DNA of 64,000 nt from positions 45,944,001 to 46,008,000 of the forward strand of contig NC_045696.1 in assembly GCF_009834535.1 (NCBI RefSeq). Direction: 5' to 3'. This document shows, in pieces, positions 11,866-26,359 of the stretch (positions within the stretch are counted from its first letter, which is position 1; every line of letters begins with the position of its first letter). The notes under the pieces are model-generated. The model had not been told where the DNA came from, did no database searches, and worked only from the letters and a program-made list of their open reading frames with translations. Position numbers and translations under genes: made by a program. This stretch comes from Camelus ferus. Its lineage: Eukaryota.

Positions 11866-14800
11866 TCTACTATGTCAAAGTTGGCTAGTCTGGAGGTAAT
11901 TTCACTGAGGCAATAGTAAAGTCCTATTAAATTTTCTTAATTCAAAATAAAGTATTTTCTTCTAATCTCCAAGTTATTTGTGTCAGTTTAAATTATCATT
12001 TTCCCCTAAGAGAGAAACAACAGTTTAATTCTTGAACTCTATTATTTTTCTAAACTCTATGAGGGTTTGAACATTTACTCAAAATAGGATTCAGCTGCAG
12101 AAAGAAAATAGCTTCTTAAATTCTTTAAAACTACATTTATCTTTTTTACAACCTCTAACCATACTGGGTAGGAAGCCTTTCTTTCAACTGCCCAGTTAAA
12201 ATATTTCTGCCTCTTCTGGTTTCAACAACCCTTACTGTAACAGTCTTTTCACAATTAAACTCCCTATTAGGGCTTTTGAAAATTTGCCTCTTTCACAGAA
12301 TTCAGTCTCTTTAGGTAAATGTCCTGTCTTCCACATTTAACCCCTTACTCCTCTCAAGGTTACATGGGTGTGTGAAGGGGTTGACTTTGTCCTCGTAGAA
12401 GCTGGTGAGGGGCACATGAAAGGGTGGTGGAGAGATTCATCCTCAGATCCATGAGGTATCATCTGGATCTCTAGGGTCTCTTGCACAGTATATATGGAGT
12501 AGTCTGCTCCCAGACTGGTGACCACTGCTGGGCAGCTGGCTGTACTAGGCTTCTGGCGGGACATGCTGGCACCACTACTAGAACTACTGGTACCACCATT
12601 TGCACCTCATCTCAAAGTCCTCACCTGTGGTGGCCACGCTGTCATGATCCCAGGCCTACCAACCAGCAATTTCAGCAACTCTTCATCACTTCACTGGAGT
12701 CTGCTGGAAATTCTGGGATCCTATAATGCCCTGCAGACTATCTATCTAGCCATGTTATGACGAGGACGGGCATAAACACCACATGCCATGTTGGAAGTAT
12801 CTGAAGGCCACACTCGAAGTGTTCCATTCAGTCTCCCCAGGGAAGCATGACCAGCCTGAAGGGACTCAGGCCCCTCATACCTGTGCGAATATATCAGTCA
12901 ACTTTTTTTTTTTTTTTCCAGATTTGGTCAGATAATAAAAGCCCTCATTTCTGATTGACTCACCCTTCTCTGCCCTTCTGTCTTCCTCTCCCCACAACTA
13001 CTAGGACTGCAAGTAGCAGTCTCCCTCTCTCTCTGTCCCTGTTTGATAAGGACCACCTGAAAATGGAACCCTGCGATCAAGTTTTATAGGTCTCATTCAT
13101 GTTATGCTTCATGAAGAGATAAAAGAATCTAGAAAATCCTGTTTTACCAGAGCCAGGCTTTCAAGTCCATTGTCTTCTGTAAACTTCTAATTGTGCAGTG
13201 TCAGAAGCTGAATATTAATTCACTTTCTCTTTGATTTCCCCTCCTAGCATTCTTAATCTCTCCCTCAGCTAGATATTTCCTAATTGGCTAGGAAATTAAA
13301 TGTAGATATCACACACACACACATATACACACTTTAAAAATACACATTCTATTACACACTCACCATTGCTGTATTTCCCATTATACTGACATATTTTCAA
13401 AATATTAAATTCCCATATTCCTAAAACACTTTTCATAGTTCATACTGTAAGTTGTACACTTCCTAATGACCCAAAGAAATAAATCTGTAAATTATTTCCA
13501 AATGAAAGTTGTACTGCAGAGAGAAATCCTTTCAAAATTCTTGGATTCTTTAAGCAGCAATAATAGAGAACTGCAGATTTTCACTTCTTCAATAGGTTAT
13601 GTTTGCATCCTAGTCCTCACTCCATAGACACTTGCAAATAGATAAGAGGGAGTGGGTTTCTAGACACTAGTATGTAAGACAGCCCAGGCAGCATAATGAG
13701 AAGAACATTTGGGATCTTAATTCTCACACCCTAGATTAGAATTCAAGCCACTGAATTAACACATGATACTTCTCTAAAATGTAAAAAGTCAAAATGTCAG
13801 GTCTCTGAGTGACAAGATGTCCTAACTTTCTTGTAGTTAAATCTCCTTAACTTTCTAGATTCCACAATGAAATAATTTCCTCCTACTCACGGCATCTTCT
13901 GGGGTCCATTCTATCATTTGACTATTTTGTATGCATAAGGTTTATTTAGTAATTTAAAATTTTCAAATCCCTTTTCTGAAAATATGTTAATTTATCCCAC
14001 TAATGCCTTATTAAATGAATAAGTCAAGTGTAATCCCCAGGTATAGATGAGAAATCACACACAGGTTTTATGATATACCCAGTGTGCTACTACGAGCTGG
14101 AATTAGAATCCAGCTTCCCAAGTTTCAGACCAGCTTACTGCCATTATCTCAAATCATTCACCTTCTTACATTGCTTCCACAATGTTTTGATTCACAACAT
14201 AAAGAATTATTATTAAGAGTTATTTAATCTGCTCTTGTCTTTCTCTTTCCAAGCCCAATTTCAAGTGCTAATGTGGATGACAGAACTGTAACCTTATAGG
14301 CTAAGTATTTTATAATTTTACTGTGAAGTTTTCTTTGGGGAGTTGTGTGACTGTGTTATATTCAGATCTGCATTATGAGTCAGGTGGTATGAGGGATTTA
14401 CCCTAGTTATATCTCTAATTAAAATTTTCTCTATAGTTCATTTTTTCTGATGCTTTGATCATTTTTGTGATATTTGAGCCTTTCCAACATTCTTATCCAT
14501 TAGATAAACTCAACAGTCTCACAATGTTTTAAATATTGCTTCATATTTTGCCCAAATATGCTGACTAATCTCTGATTTTATTTTTCCTTTATTGCTCTTT
14601 CCCTGTTTGCTTTTGATATGCTTTTATTCCACTGTTCATTAATTTCTATACCAAACTTTATTATAAACTCTCATCTCACATCCTGTGCTTTACTGCTGAA
14701 TTTACATCTTGCACTGTATCTTGAAAATACAACCAACTACTTTTAAAAATTCTGGAAACAAAAGACAAGACATCAACATTACACATAAGCTATGAGTGAC

Positions 14801-15459
14801 TAAAATATTTCTAGCTTAATTCAAATTATGGTATGTGGAGAATTCATGTTGCAACACCAACTGATAAATCTCTGTATGTAGAGACATATCAAATAAACTG
14901 TTTTTAAGACAGTTAAGTGTCTCGTGGCCATGAGACAAAATAAGTATTTTGTTAGCAAGTGTTACTTAATGAGCAGCTAGACTACCTCATTAAAGGTCCA
15001 AGAACAGTAATTTCTTGGGAGCAAACACAGTTGTGTAGAAAGAAATTCTACTTCCTGAGGAACCCTAAACGCCTTTAGATCACACTCTTTTTAATGAGAC
15101 ATTGAAACCTCTGGCCCATCTCTCCCTCTATTCCACATTCCTTTTCAGGGACTAGGGCATATGAGGTGATGTAGGACCTGCATTTTTCCAACCTTCTTCT
15201 TAGAGTTCTTTTGCACTTTTCATAGTGCTGCATGCAAAAGAGACTCCTAGAATTTTCAGATTAATTACTTTGATTCACATACACAAATATATGTACTACG
15301 TTTCTCTTTTAATAAAACAAGATGTTTTTATTCATAACATTCTCAGCATTCTCATTTGTAAAATCTCTCCTATCTTTTTTTTTCCCTTGGCAATATGATT
15401 TTATAAGCAGCAAGGAAGGTTTTTCTGCTTATTCACATCTGCACACTGACTCAAACTCC

Positions 15460-15595
15460 CCTCAGTTTCAGTTTTCTCATCAGCAAAACAGTGAGCCAAT
15501 AAGAAAGAACCTCTTCCTCATAGTATGGTTATGAGGATTAAATGCAGCAATACATAAAAAGAGTTGCTCCAGAGTAGATTTATTCAAAAATGCCT
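15460..15595 (+). mobile_element. MIR fragment
   Basis: 'cagttttctcatcagcaaaa...cctcatagtatggttatgaggattaaatg'. Confidence 0.7.
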
Positions 15596-17680
15596 ACAGG
15601 GCATTCCCAACGTGCAATAAACATCAGTTGCCTTTTTTCTCCTCTTTTTGTTCCAGCTACAAAAAAGGAAATGCCAGCTTTTCTACAACTATCTCATTAA
15701 GGTAAAATGGGTTTCTCTGTTTTTAACCCAAGTCACAGGGTTGTGCTAAACACAAAGAGCCATTGTGTAGGTGATGGAGAGCTGAAGTCAGTTCAATAAA
15801 TCATAAAAAAGTACAAAGTTTAACAAAGAAGAGTTTAATTGGAAACCGTAGTACCTCCATCTGCTCCAACATCTTTTACTGAGTCCTGATTATTACTGCC
15901 TGAGGCAGATGAGCCTTAGACTAATCTGAATGAAGTGAGGCGTGACATTAATTGTTACATCTGAACTCTTACCAGATTAGAAATTGTGCAGCTACACACA
16001 TGCCATATAATAGCTTTTGAGTCCTCTTTTTTTTCTATTTTCAAGAGATTATCCTATCTAGGGTGTTTTGGCATGCTATTAAAAAATTAATCTTCCACAG
16101 GATAAAATGTTCCCTGGGACTTTGTTCCATGTGAAAGTAAGGGATACAGCTTTACCAGACTAGTACATAGTCAGATGCAGTCCATGTTTACCTTCCCAAA
16201 TGCAGATTATAGACGTGCAAATACTGTCTTTTGCCATGAAAAGAAAAGAAAAAAAAAACTGTCTTTGAAAGAATCTCCAGGGACAAAAGGAAATTCAGAG
16301 AAAGGAGAAAATGAACCAACATTTAGAAAGTAAGAGGCCAGGCACAAAACTCTATCAGTAAGAATTATTATTCATATTTAACAGATAAATAGGCTCATGG
16401 AGGTTAAGTGGAAGTCACACAGCTAGCAAATGGATGAATAGACACTGAAACTCAGCTGAGTTGGGGTTTTTTTCCCTTTCAAACATGGTTCATTCTACTG
16501 CTCCTCCCTGTTTTATGAGCAACAAACTCAGAGGACTATTGCTAGGATCAAACTGATAATGTAGATGAAACGTGCTTTGAGAGGAAGGATGGAAGCATCT
16601 AGTAGGCATATACCCTGATCCAGTTTCTCCATCAGTAAAATGGAATATTACTAAAATAAAATTGGAAGAATTTTTTAAGGACACTCTAGAAAATTAAGAT
16701 ACTATAATGTATCTTAATTCCATCCATGCTTATTTATAGTAAAGAAGCAGACAGCCACATGCCTAGAGACCCTCCTTCCTTCCCTCTTACCTTCCTCCTC
16801 ACTGCTCTTCTCCCTCTCCTTCTAAAGCAAATTCCCATGTACATAGACTTGAAGGGAGCGAAGTCCTTAAAACAAATTTCCCAGAAGATGGAAAGAAAAG
16901 GAGAAGAGGAGAGCATGTAAAGTCTTCAGGGAGGAATGAACCTGTGGTTTCATTTCTTAGAGCAAGGTTCTCCAAATTCTTTCAGAAATACAATAATATC
17001 ATTACTCATTTGAGTTATAAACTTAAGGGAAGAGGTGGTATCATAAGATTCTCTGTATTCCCAGCATCTAGCACAGTAAAAACTTACAAATATTTATTCT
17101 TGATAGGGAATACATATGCACACACACACATACACACAAAATAACAGTGAGTTCTTTGTCTATGTGAATTGTGTTGTACCCACTTGAGATACTGACATAA
17201 CTATGGTGAGTTTCTTAAGCAGATTAGGAGCCCCAGATTTTGAAAGGGAAACCAGAAATACAAATTCTAATTAAGAGGCCAAAAGTAGGGAGAAATCAGA
17301 AAATTACGGTGTCAACAAAAGCAAGGAAATATTTTATTTCAGGAAGAGAATAGATAAGTGTCAAACTCTATAGTGAGGTCAAATAAGACATATAAGGAAA
17401 AGTGGCCAATATACTAAGTAACATGGAGAACATTAGTAACCTTCTCAAAAGCAGTAAGTTGATTCAGTCTTCTAATATGGCTATAGCTTCACTTACTGAA
17501 ATAATGTCTAAAATGTCTAAATCATTGCTTATCTGATTTATGTGGAAAACCCAGCTGCCATAATGAATGCATTCACATTTTGAATAAACACAAACTAAGC
17601 ACTCACTAGCTCTATGCTGGGCACTAGGGATAGAATGTAGATAAATAGCATGGATTTTCAGGATACCATTCATCTAACTA

Positions 17681-17863
17681 CCATTTTCTTTTCAAACTTT
17701 TATTTGCATTAAAATCATTTTGAGGAGTCTTTGGAAAACATATATTCCTTTGGGTTTACCCTAAGACTAAGTGAATTTGAATCATCTATTATAAGACCAA
17801 GGTATCTACATTTTTATATGCTTCAAAGATAACTCTAATGCACATCAATGTTTTCAACCACTA
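17681..17863. mobile_element. MER5-family hAT MITE
   Basis: About 180 bp with degenerate TIRs ('ttttcaaactt' ... 'ttttcaaccacta') and MER5-like internal layout. Confidence 0.55.
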
Positions 17864-17904
17864 ATACATCATCTCTCCAACTGTCATAATGTAAAGGTAA
17901 ACCT

Positions 17905-19102
17905 ATGGTTTCCGTGCCTATTTTAGCAAGATGGAGAACAAAGATGACCTAAAAAGTCTTAGGCTCAAACATCAGATAGGATATAACACACAGTTGACCT
18001 TTCAAGAAAGAAAGACTTCTGCTTCTGGATAAACTGCACAGGGTGAAAAAGACCTTGGTCCCGGTGGTAACAACCAGAAAAATTCGAACAAAATAAAAAT
18101 CATATTTTCAATGCGACAAAGAAGTCTTTATAAATTGACATCCTCCATACCTGGAGGCAGGTATCTGGTCTAGGTACAGCTACCTAAGGAGAGAGATGCT
18201 AACAATGGAAGATTACACGGGAATGGGAGAGGTCAGACGAGCACTGAGTGATAGTGTAGACTGAACTGGAGTATAGAGGAGCCCCAAGTACAAGAACAAA
18301 TTGCTGAGCCTGACAATTCTCTCCGCCAATTCTATCCCCAAAATTTTGCAGAGAGCTTCAGTGGAGGAGGGACTAGAAACAAAATACGTGCATTCTCATG
18401 ATGACTGGATTGCTGAGTCCTACAGGTACAGAATCCAAAGATTAACCAACATACTTGAAGCTGCCGCTGAAGCTGCAGTTAACTCACTCCCGGCTCAAAT
18501 ATTTATGAGATTTAAAAGGAATGAACTCAGTCTAATTAAAGCTGTGGCCCAGCCTCAGCTCAACACAGGAAAAAGATTTAGCTCTCTGAACTACAGAAAA
18601 AAAAAAAACAAAACAATATGATACCTTCAATCTCCACTTTTTTATATACAATATCTGGAATAAAATTCTTAAAAAAATACAAGGCAGGAAATTTAAATCT
18701 AAGTAACAAAGAACTGATAGCACAAACAAAATAAATTGTAAAATGATAGACTTACACCAAAATCTTACTGATATCTATGTTAAATGTAAATAGACAAAAT
18801 ATTCCAACTAATAATTATATATTGTTATACTGGATTAAAAAGTCAAGAATGCTGAAAAACTGAATGCTGCTTGCAAGAGGCATGCTTTAAATTTAAAGAT
18901 ACAAATAGATTAAAAAGAAGAGAAAAGATACAATAATCATGAGACAATTGAAGTAGGCGTATGAATATACAAAATAGACTTTAAAACAAAAGTGTTACCA
19001 GGGAAAATTAGCTCATTTGGTAGTGATAAAGGTCCACTTATTTAAAAAGATATTCTAAAAATATATACACCTAATAACACAATTTCAAAATATATGAAGC
19101 AT
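17905..19102 (+). mobile_element. Ancient L1 fragments (5' region and ORF2 endonuclease start)
   Basis: 'gttaaatgtaaatagacaaaatattccaa...aaatagactttaaaacaaaa...atatatacacctaataacac' is decayed EN-domain sequence at 18730-19102; the upstream part is less certain. Confidence 0.65.
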
Positions 19103-19104
19103 CA

Positions 19105-19695
19105 GTGGATAGCACAGGAATATACTCTTACCAGTGGACAGAGCAAGGGTTCCACTGAACTACAAGTTAGAGTTGCTGCTAAGCACTTTGGAATTGTGTC
19201 CAGGGAACAGCAGGCAAGAAGAGCAATTACTATATTGTCCAGGGTAATCAACCATGATCAACGGGAGTAGAGGTGGTTCTGCACAGTGGGGAGAGGGAAG
19301 AATACATGTGGAACCCAGGTGACCCGCTTCCATAGCAACTGGTACTCATTTGCCCACCGTAGCTATAAATGGACATAAGCAGAACCCCTAGCCTGAAAAT
19401 AATTACCAGTTTCAGAGCACTCTGAAAGGAAGATTTGTGTCATACCACCAGGTAAGCTACTAAGATCCAACCAGGTAATAACAACAAAGGGTGAGGGAAT
19501 TTGGAATGGAAAGCAGAAGTGGGAAAGGCTGAATACAGTTTTAGCCCCAATATCAACTGCAACTATTAGCACTTGTAGCTTCTCTCACTAGTCTGCTACA
19601 CTTCCCCTCAAGAAGATAAGCCCATAAGAATCATGAAGAAGCCGATCCCTGAACTTCTACAGAGAAGCAGATCTGTGCGATGTAAGGGATAGCCC
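19105..19695 (+). mobile_element. ERVL internal 3' fragment (ERV3-16A3-like)
   Basis: 'cagcaggcaagaagagcaattactatattgtccagggtaatcaaccatgatca' and 'ataccaccaggtaag' are typical of the ERVL pol 3' region; abuts an LTR16-like LTR. Confidence 0.7.
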
Positions 19696-20150
19696 ACAAC
19701 AGTCATAAAAATACACCACTCAGATCTCCAACTGTAGAAACTGAAAATGACAGGCATTCCCAGCTGCAAAGCTCTGAATACATCACTGTATCTTGGCCAA
19801 GGGCATGCTTACACTGAGCTGCTCCCAACCAATGACTCAGTGCAGAAGGGATGCTAAGGCAGGCCTATTCCAGTGAGATATGGGACTGCTCTGACAGACT
19901 GTTTTGGCACAAAGACCCTGCATTGGCCTTGCCAAAACATTCATAAAGCTGTACTGCAACGTAAGGCTTTACTTCTTTCTTCCTTCTTTCCTCTTCTCCT
20001 TCACAGGGATCAAATGTATCGCAACCTGATGCTCATCCAGCCACTTCCAGCTCCCTTCTCACTTTTTCTCACAGGGGGAATCTCCCAAAAAATCTCATGT
20101 GTAATCAATGCCATCTTGTCATCTGTTTCTCAGAGGACTCAGATTAATGC
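19696..20150 (+). mobile_element. LTR16-family LTR
   Basis: 'gctcccaaccaatgactcag...aaggcaggcctattcc' and terminus 'catcttgtcatctgtttctcagaggactcagattaa'. Confidence 0.8.
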
Positions 20151-20599
20151 TTAATGTTTAAAATAATATTTATATAAAATTTTGTTAATTTGAATCATAA
20201 ATTTGACATTTTATACCAATAGTAACTGTATCTTCTAGTTCTATAATTTTCAAGATCTTTAAGTACCATAATAATTTAAACTACTATCAACTTCAGTTAA
20301 TAAATGGGTAATTATTGGATACCTAGATGATTTCTATGAAGGATTTACTAATGGAAGATTGATCCCTGAGCATAATCTTACATTTATACGTGTCTGCTTA
20401 TTATTATATGCTATATATTGGATTTATCTTGTGGACTACTAGATAAATATGTTTATTTTTGGCACTTAAGGAAGGTGTAAAGAAATATGAGTTTTTTTAA
20501 TTATTTATGCACTTCAGTACTGCTAAAATTTCTTGTTACAGAAAGTTCTCAATTACCTACCTTTCAGGTTTTTCCTGAGAAATAGAAGTTAGCATCAAA

Positions 20600-20780
20600 A
20601 ATATTAAATACTTAAAAACATATTTTAAAATGTTCCAAATATGTTTACTGAAACTACAAAACACTGCTGGAAATATTTTAAAGAAAACCTAAATAAATAG
20701 TGAGATACACCATGTTCACAGATCAGAAGATTCGCTATTTATAGGTGCAATTTTCCTAAAGTTGATCTATAAAATCTTAA
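20600..20780 (+). mobile_element. Ancient L1 ORF2 fragment
   Basis: 'aactacaaaacactgctg...aaagaaaacctaaataaatag...ccatgttca'. Confidence 0.7.
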
Positions 20781-21239
20781 GAGATAATTTTACTTGCCAC
20801 CATTCTGGTATTATTGGTTATGACAACAAATTAACTATGACTATTTCATAATTTTTATCTTCAGGTTATTTCTGCTTTACTCTAGGGATAGTCTGATGGC
20901 ACTGCTGTAAGCTACAGCAAAGGACACTGCTGGCGCCTCATGGAAAGATCTATACTAGGTACTCTGCACTGCTGATACTTGTTTTGTATTATTTTATAAT
21001 GGTTATTGAGGTGCAGTCACAGGAAGAGACAGGGAAAAGTCTCAGAAAAAAAAGAAAAAAAGGACTCTCAGGCCCTAGAGTCAGAAAGCCTGGCATTCTA
21101 CTTGGGGCCGCATGAGAAAGACATCAGGGTGGTCAGGAGGCAGAAGACAGGAGTGAGGGGGAAGCATCAGGCCAGAATGTTTCCCTGGGTTTCCATGGGG
21201 AAGGTAAGGGAGGGTAGGAAACAGTTTAGGATTGGCGCT

Positions 21240-21455
21240 CCTAAAAATCGGCAAGAAAAACACCAACCAAATGAAAAATAAAAAGGCAAGTAACTTGAAA
21301 AGACTTTTCATAAAAGAAGATAAATATATATCTATATGTCATTTCCAGGCTGAAAAGTCCATAAGAAGGTACTAATCATTATTGGTCATCAGATAAGGAA
21401 TTGCATATTGAAAAACTTACTTAAAAGACTGACAAAACCAAATATTGGCAGGGGT
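21240..21455 (+). mobile_element. Ancient L1 ORF2 3' fragment
   Basis: 'acttgaaaagacttttcataaaagaagata...gactgacaaaaccaaatattggc'. Confidence 0.65.
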
Positions 21456-21459
21456 GTGT

Positions 21460-22037
21460 CTGGTTCTTTTTATAATTTTCATCTCTTTGTTGACAGTCTC
21501 CTTTTGCTAGTGCATTGTTTCCTTCAGCTCACAGAGCATCTTTATGGAGATTATTTTTAATCCTTTGTCAGGTAATTCATTTACTTCCATTTCACTAGGG
21601 TTGGTTTCTGGAGATATATTTAGTTCCTTTGATTGGGCCGGGTTTCCCTGTTTTTTTCATGTTCCTTGTAGCTTTGTGTTAATATACACTCATTTGAGAA
21701 ACAGCCCTCTCCCTGTCTTTATAGACTGGCTTTGTGCAAGGAGAGACCCTTACCAGTTTGCCCAGCTACAGATTCTTGGGGCCTCTAAAACCATTTTGAG
21801 AAGCAGTTTCTCTGGGCCTGTGCATAAAATGTGTCAATTAGAGAGGCTTGCCAGTTTCCTTTTCAGCCGCTTGTAATCTCTAGCGCCCTCTGGCATCTGT
21901 CTGTGGCACTACAAGTGCTCTGGCTCTTCAGCAGCAGAGAAGCCACCAGGCACCCAAAGTATGCCAACTCCTTATTAGCACCCTGAGTCAGAAAAGACAG
22001 ATACCAGTCCCTTAAGGTATCTCTGAAACGCTGGACT

Positions 22038-22072
<35 letters not shown>

Positions 22073-22585
22073 AAACCAAAAAACAAAAAAACACTGCAGT
22101 CCTCCCCTTCCCTCTGAGAGAAAACAAAAAAACACTGCAGTCCTCCCCTTCCCTCTGAGAGAGAAGCCTCAAGTTGCACACTTTCTCCCAATTGAACCAA
22201 CCCATCATTCAATCCCAGCATTCAAACTATGCTGGTTCTGTTGGCTCTCTAAGTGAAGGTAAGACAGAAACCAGTCCTTTGTGCAGCCCTCCAAAATGGT
22301 GGGATATAGGTATGCACGCTCCACTGTCTTTCCCCGCAGGTAGAAGTGGAAAGCCAGAGCCTCCTGGTACTGAGCTGTGCTGGCTTGGGGGAGGGGCTGA
22401 CATGGGTAAAGTGAAATAGCTCTTACGTGTTTCAGTGCATCAGCTTGTGTTCATCTGGGGCTCTGCAATTTCTTAACAAGGATTCCAGAAATCTCACAAA
22501 GGTACTTGATTTGTATATCATTGTTAAATCAGTGTTTCTTTGGGAGAATGATAGCACAGACCTATTCTTCCATCGAGCTGACATC
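21460..22585 (-). mobile_element. Old L1 5'UTR plus ORF1 start
   Basis: T-rich antisense ORF1 sequence at left; the right end reads gatgtcagctcgatggaagaatagg on the minus strand, resembling an L1 5' terminus. Confidence 0.65.
22080..22161. repeat. Perfect 41-bp tandem duplication
   Basis: aaaacaaaaaaacactgcagtcctccccttccctctgagag at 22080-22120 and 22121-22161. Confidence 0.95.
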
Positions 22586-23312
22586 TGTTCATATTTTGTT
22601 TTATATATTCAAAAGTAAAGGTAAAATTCAGACATTTTAAAACATTCAAAGTCTGAGAACCAGTGAGCCACTAAATTTTCATAAGAAACAATTTTAATGA
22701 AGAAAAAAATGGTTTGAAAGAAAGCATGATGAGCAAATAAACTGCCAAAATTTAGGGTCAATTTGAGCAAACACTGACTCTAAAAAAGAACAAAATATTA
22801 TGTGATATAAAAACTAGTTAAAAAAAACAGCAGAAAGAGTATCATGTAAAATGGGAGGGTAAGAAGAATTTCCTGAGTTGTGTGTATTGTACTGCTAAAG
22901 GACAGAAATGTTTATTAAATGAGACTGCCAATTTAGGTATGCATATGCTTATAATGATTCAAATATTGTTCTCAGGTCATAATTCCAATTAAAAAATGTA
23001 TCTCTTCATACCCCTTATGCCAACCCTCAATTCTGGAGTTTAAGAAAGTTGTAAGTCACCAACTACCATCCTATCTCTATTGCAACAGGCAGGTTTTTAA
23101 AGATGTTTCAATGATTATCTCCCTCTTCAGAGAACTCTGAGCGCCTCACTTATTCTTCCCATAGAAGTCAAATGTTTCCTACTCATCCATCATCACCCTT
23201 TCTTTTTAAGCTTGATTGACGATTTGGTCTCTTTATTTATAACCAAAGTAAAAAAGTATAATCAGCGATGTTTATCTGAATTATCTGGAGAAAGGTTTAC
23301 AGAAAAAAATTT

Positions 23313-23349
23313 TATATATCTATACCTATATCTATATCTATATCTATCT
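23313..23349. repeat. (TATATC)n-like microsatellite
   Basis: tatatatctatacctatatctatatctatatctatct. Confidence 0.8.
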
Positions 23350-24792
23350 GCTGGGTTCTACCTCCACATTCCCAGATGTATTTATGCAACAGAACTGAGA
23401 TGAGTCCCAGGCAGGAATGTTCTTTAAAAGCTTCTCTCCCCAAAGTCACTCTGATCCCTGATCTACCCTGACAAGTAACTTTCCACAGTAAAATCACCAT
23501 AGAATCGTATTAACCTATAAGCTGATGCCTTTTAAAATTTCTTTTAAAACAAATCTTGCAGCAATGTATGCTCATTATAATGAAAAATGGAAAAAAAAAG
23601 TTATTCTTATATTTCTTATTTTTTCACTTTTTATTCTAATATGTATGTACGTGCATGTTTGTGTACACTTTTTGCTTAAAAATTAAATCATTTTTTATAC
23701 TAACTTGTTCCTGTCTTTCTTCATGTAATATTATATTGTGGCCATTCTTCAGTGTCTTTATAAAAACTTACCAAAACCAGAATTTTTGTTTTATATTTTA
23801 TCATATAGACATACTAAGATTAATTACCCAGTCTACATTGCTGAACACTTAATAGTTTTGATTTTTTTTACTAAGATAAACAATGATGTGAAGCTCTTCA
23901 GCATAAACCTTTGTAAATATTTTTATTATAATTTCTTTAAGAGAGATTTTCAAGAATGGAATTAGTGAAGATGAGTATTTTTAAAGCTCTTCATTCTGGA
24001 CATGCTGTATTCAGGTTCTGTTACTTATATAGATCTTTGTTTCTCTATGGAGGGTCACACTACCTTAAAAACGCTATACTCTTTTATAGATCATTATGAA
24101 ATGTGTGGTTTAAGGATGGAACACTTTAATCTCCATAGAGTAGAATGGGAATCCAGAAAAGGAAGAGACCTGAACTTGCTTCCCTTCACTACAATTTACT
24201 TTCTCTGTGGCCCTACAGCAAGTCACTGAACTATTTTGTTGAAAAACTGCCTCAAGTTTCCACAGAGTAAGGAAGAATAAGTTACACCCACATTCTCTTG
24301 AAGATTATACTGTGTGCTATAAAATTCAAACAGACAAAATGAGATAAAAAATGAACACACACAAGAACAAGCAAGTGCCTATATTGCTTTAGGGGTGCAA
24401 CCACAAAGAATCATGCTTAACGTATCTACAGAAGTTTCTAGAAACTGAACCTCCTTGTTGCCTTTCATAAGCAGGCATCTTCCTTTCTGTTTAAACACCC
24501 ACAATTTTTCAGTTAACAAAGCAAAATCAATTTTGAAAGTTAGCTGCATAATTATTGTTTATCTGATTTTTATTTAAGATTACAGGGTATTTCCTTTTCG
24601 CTATTCCTTTCTCAAATGCTCATTTAAAGTTAAAAAAAAAAAAAGGAGATGGTTTAATTGTTTTTAAAGCACCAACAACAGAAAGTCTCCTGACATGACA
24701 CTAATTTGGTATAAGCAAAGAGGAGTCTGTTTGAAGTGGAACATCTGTTGCAGTTTCAAATTCTGTAAAATCTCCTGGTAATTTATAGAAGT

Positions 24793-25100
24793 CATTCATT
24801 CTAAAACATTTCTGAGCACTTTGTATGTGTCCAGCACTTGTTAGACAATAAACATTCAGAAAACAATAGGATGACTTCTCTTCAAATGGTCCCTAGCACA
24901 CTTAAGAGATAAACGTGTATACAAATAATTATAACGCCATGAATAAGGATACTAGACTTGAGGAAACAGGTTGGAGCAAATAATGACAAATAGGGCCTAT
25001 GGTCAGGTATGGAAAATCCTCTAAGAGGAAGTAATTTTTAAACAGACAGGGGGGAAAAAAAGAATACACCTTCACAGCAGTGAAAAGAAGAAACATTAAA
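24793..25100 (-). mobile_element. L2 3' fragment
   Basis: 'cattcattc...catttctgagcactttgtatgtgtccagcact' is a reverse L2 tail. Confidence 0.6.
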
Positions 25101-26359
25101 AGTATGGAGGATAACTGTGTTTCATTAAAACAACACAGAATTATAGAAGTCTCAGATTAGGTAAGAATTTTCTATTAAAATACATTTTCTCACTGTTAAC
25201 TTTCAAGTATCACTTCTCCTTCTGCAGTAATCCTAAGAGGTTACTAGAAATTGTTTTATTTAATGCTTTTGTACAAATACTTTGCATAACTGTCTCTAAA
25301 CTAAAACTGACTTTAAAATAAAATTTTAACAGAAACATGAAAAAAAAAAAATCCTTCAAAGATTGTGCTAGAACCAGATGGGCAGTGAACCTTCAGGATT
25401 TGAGATGTTCGCCACAAGGGATAAGTAATGAGCAGACCTTCAAGAAACTAATGGTACAAAAAAGAGGCAGTTTCCCCACAGGTGGGGCCCACCACTGGCA
25501 GCAGCATTTCCCGGAGAGCTGAGCAGAGTACAGAGAGACCGGCACCCTTCCTGGGTCTCAATGAGTTTTTGATCAGGACTTTGATCTCTTCAGTGAGGCA
25601 TGATGCAGATACGAAGTGTTTATTACTAACTTTTCACAGAAAAATTATCTCAGAAAAATTTAAAAGCTGGACATTAAAATCTCAACCTAGCCAAATAGCA
25701 TACTTTATTTTATGACTAACTGCCTGCTAAATTCAAAAAGAAAAAAAAATTAAAATGTTATGAGCAGTTAGCATCTCTCATACTTATGTGGCGTTTCTGT
25801 ACAAATGCTTATTTAATATTAAGGTGGATAATGGCTGGCCGCACTCCAGGGCTCTGTAAAACACAAGGCATATCGGCAGCCAGCATTTGTCTTTATCAGC
25901 AGAGGCTACAATTCAGAGATTATCAAGTTCTTCCTCCCTTCTCTGTGAGCATCTATTTGTTTCTTTTTTGCTTTGTATCCTCCTTCCCAATGAACATCAA
26001 ATTCAACGACTTAATATTTATGTTTTTTAAAAACTACATATAAAAATAAGTTAAACCACTTTGGGAATGCCGGAACTGCACTCTCTTTTCCCTAATATTT
26101 TGTATAATGAAGCTTCAAGCAATAAATGGAGAATTTTACTATCCAGAGAGAAGAGAAGCATTGCCTGCCAGATACGGTATTACAGAACGCACACTGAAAG
26201 GTTAGAAGGAAGGAGTACCTTCCCGTAGTAATCCCTTCCCACTTTCCCAGAGCAGCTTTCCTCCCAGAAGGCAGTAGCAAGTTATTTGGAATTCCCAGAT
26301 TGAGGAAAAGATCTGATACTCCACAGGAATTAATCATGCCCTATATTGCATGCTTTGGT

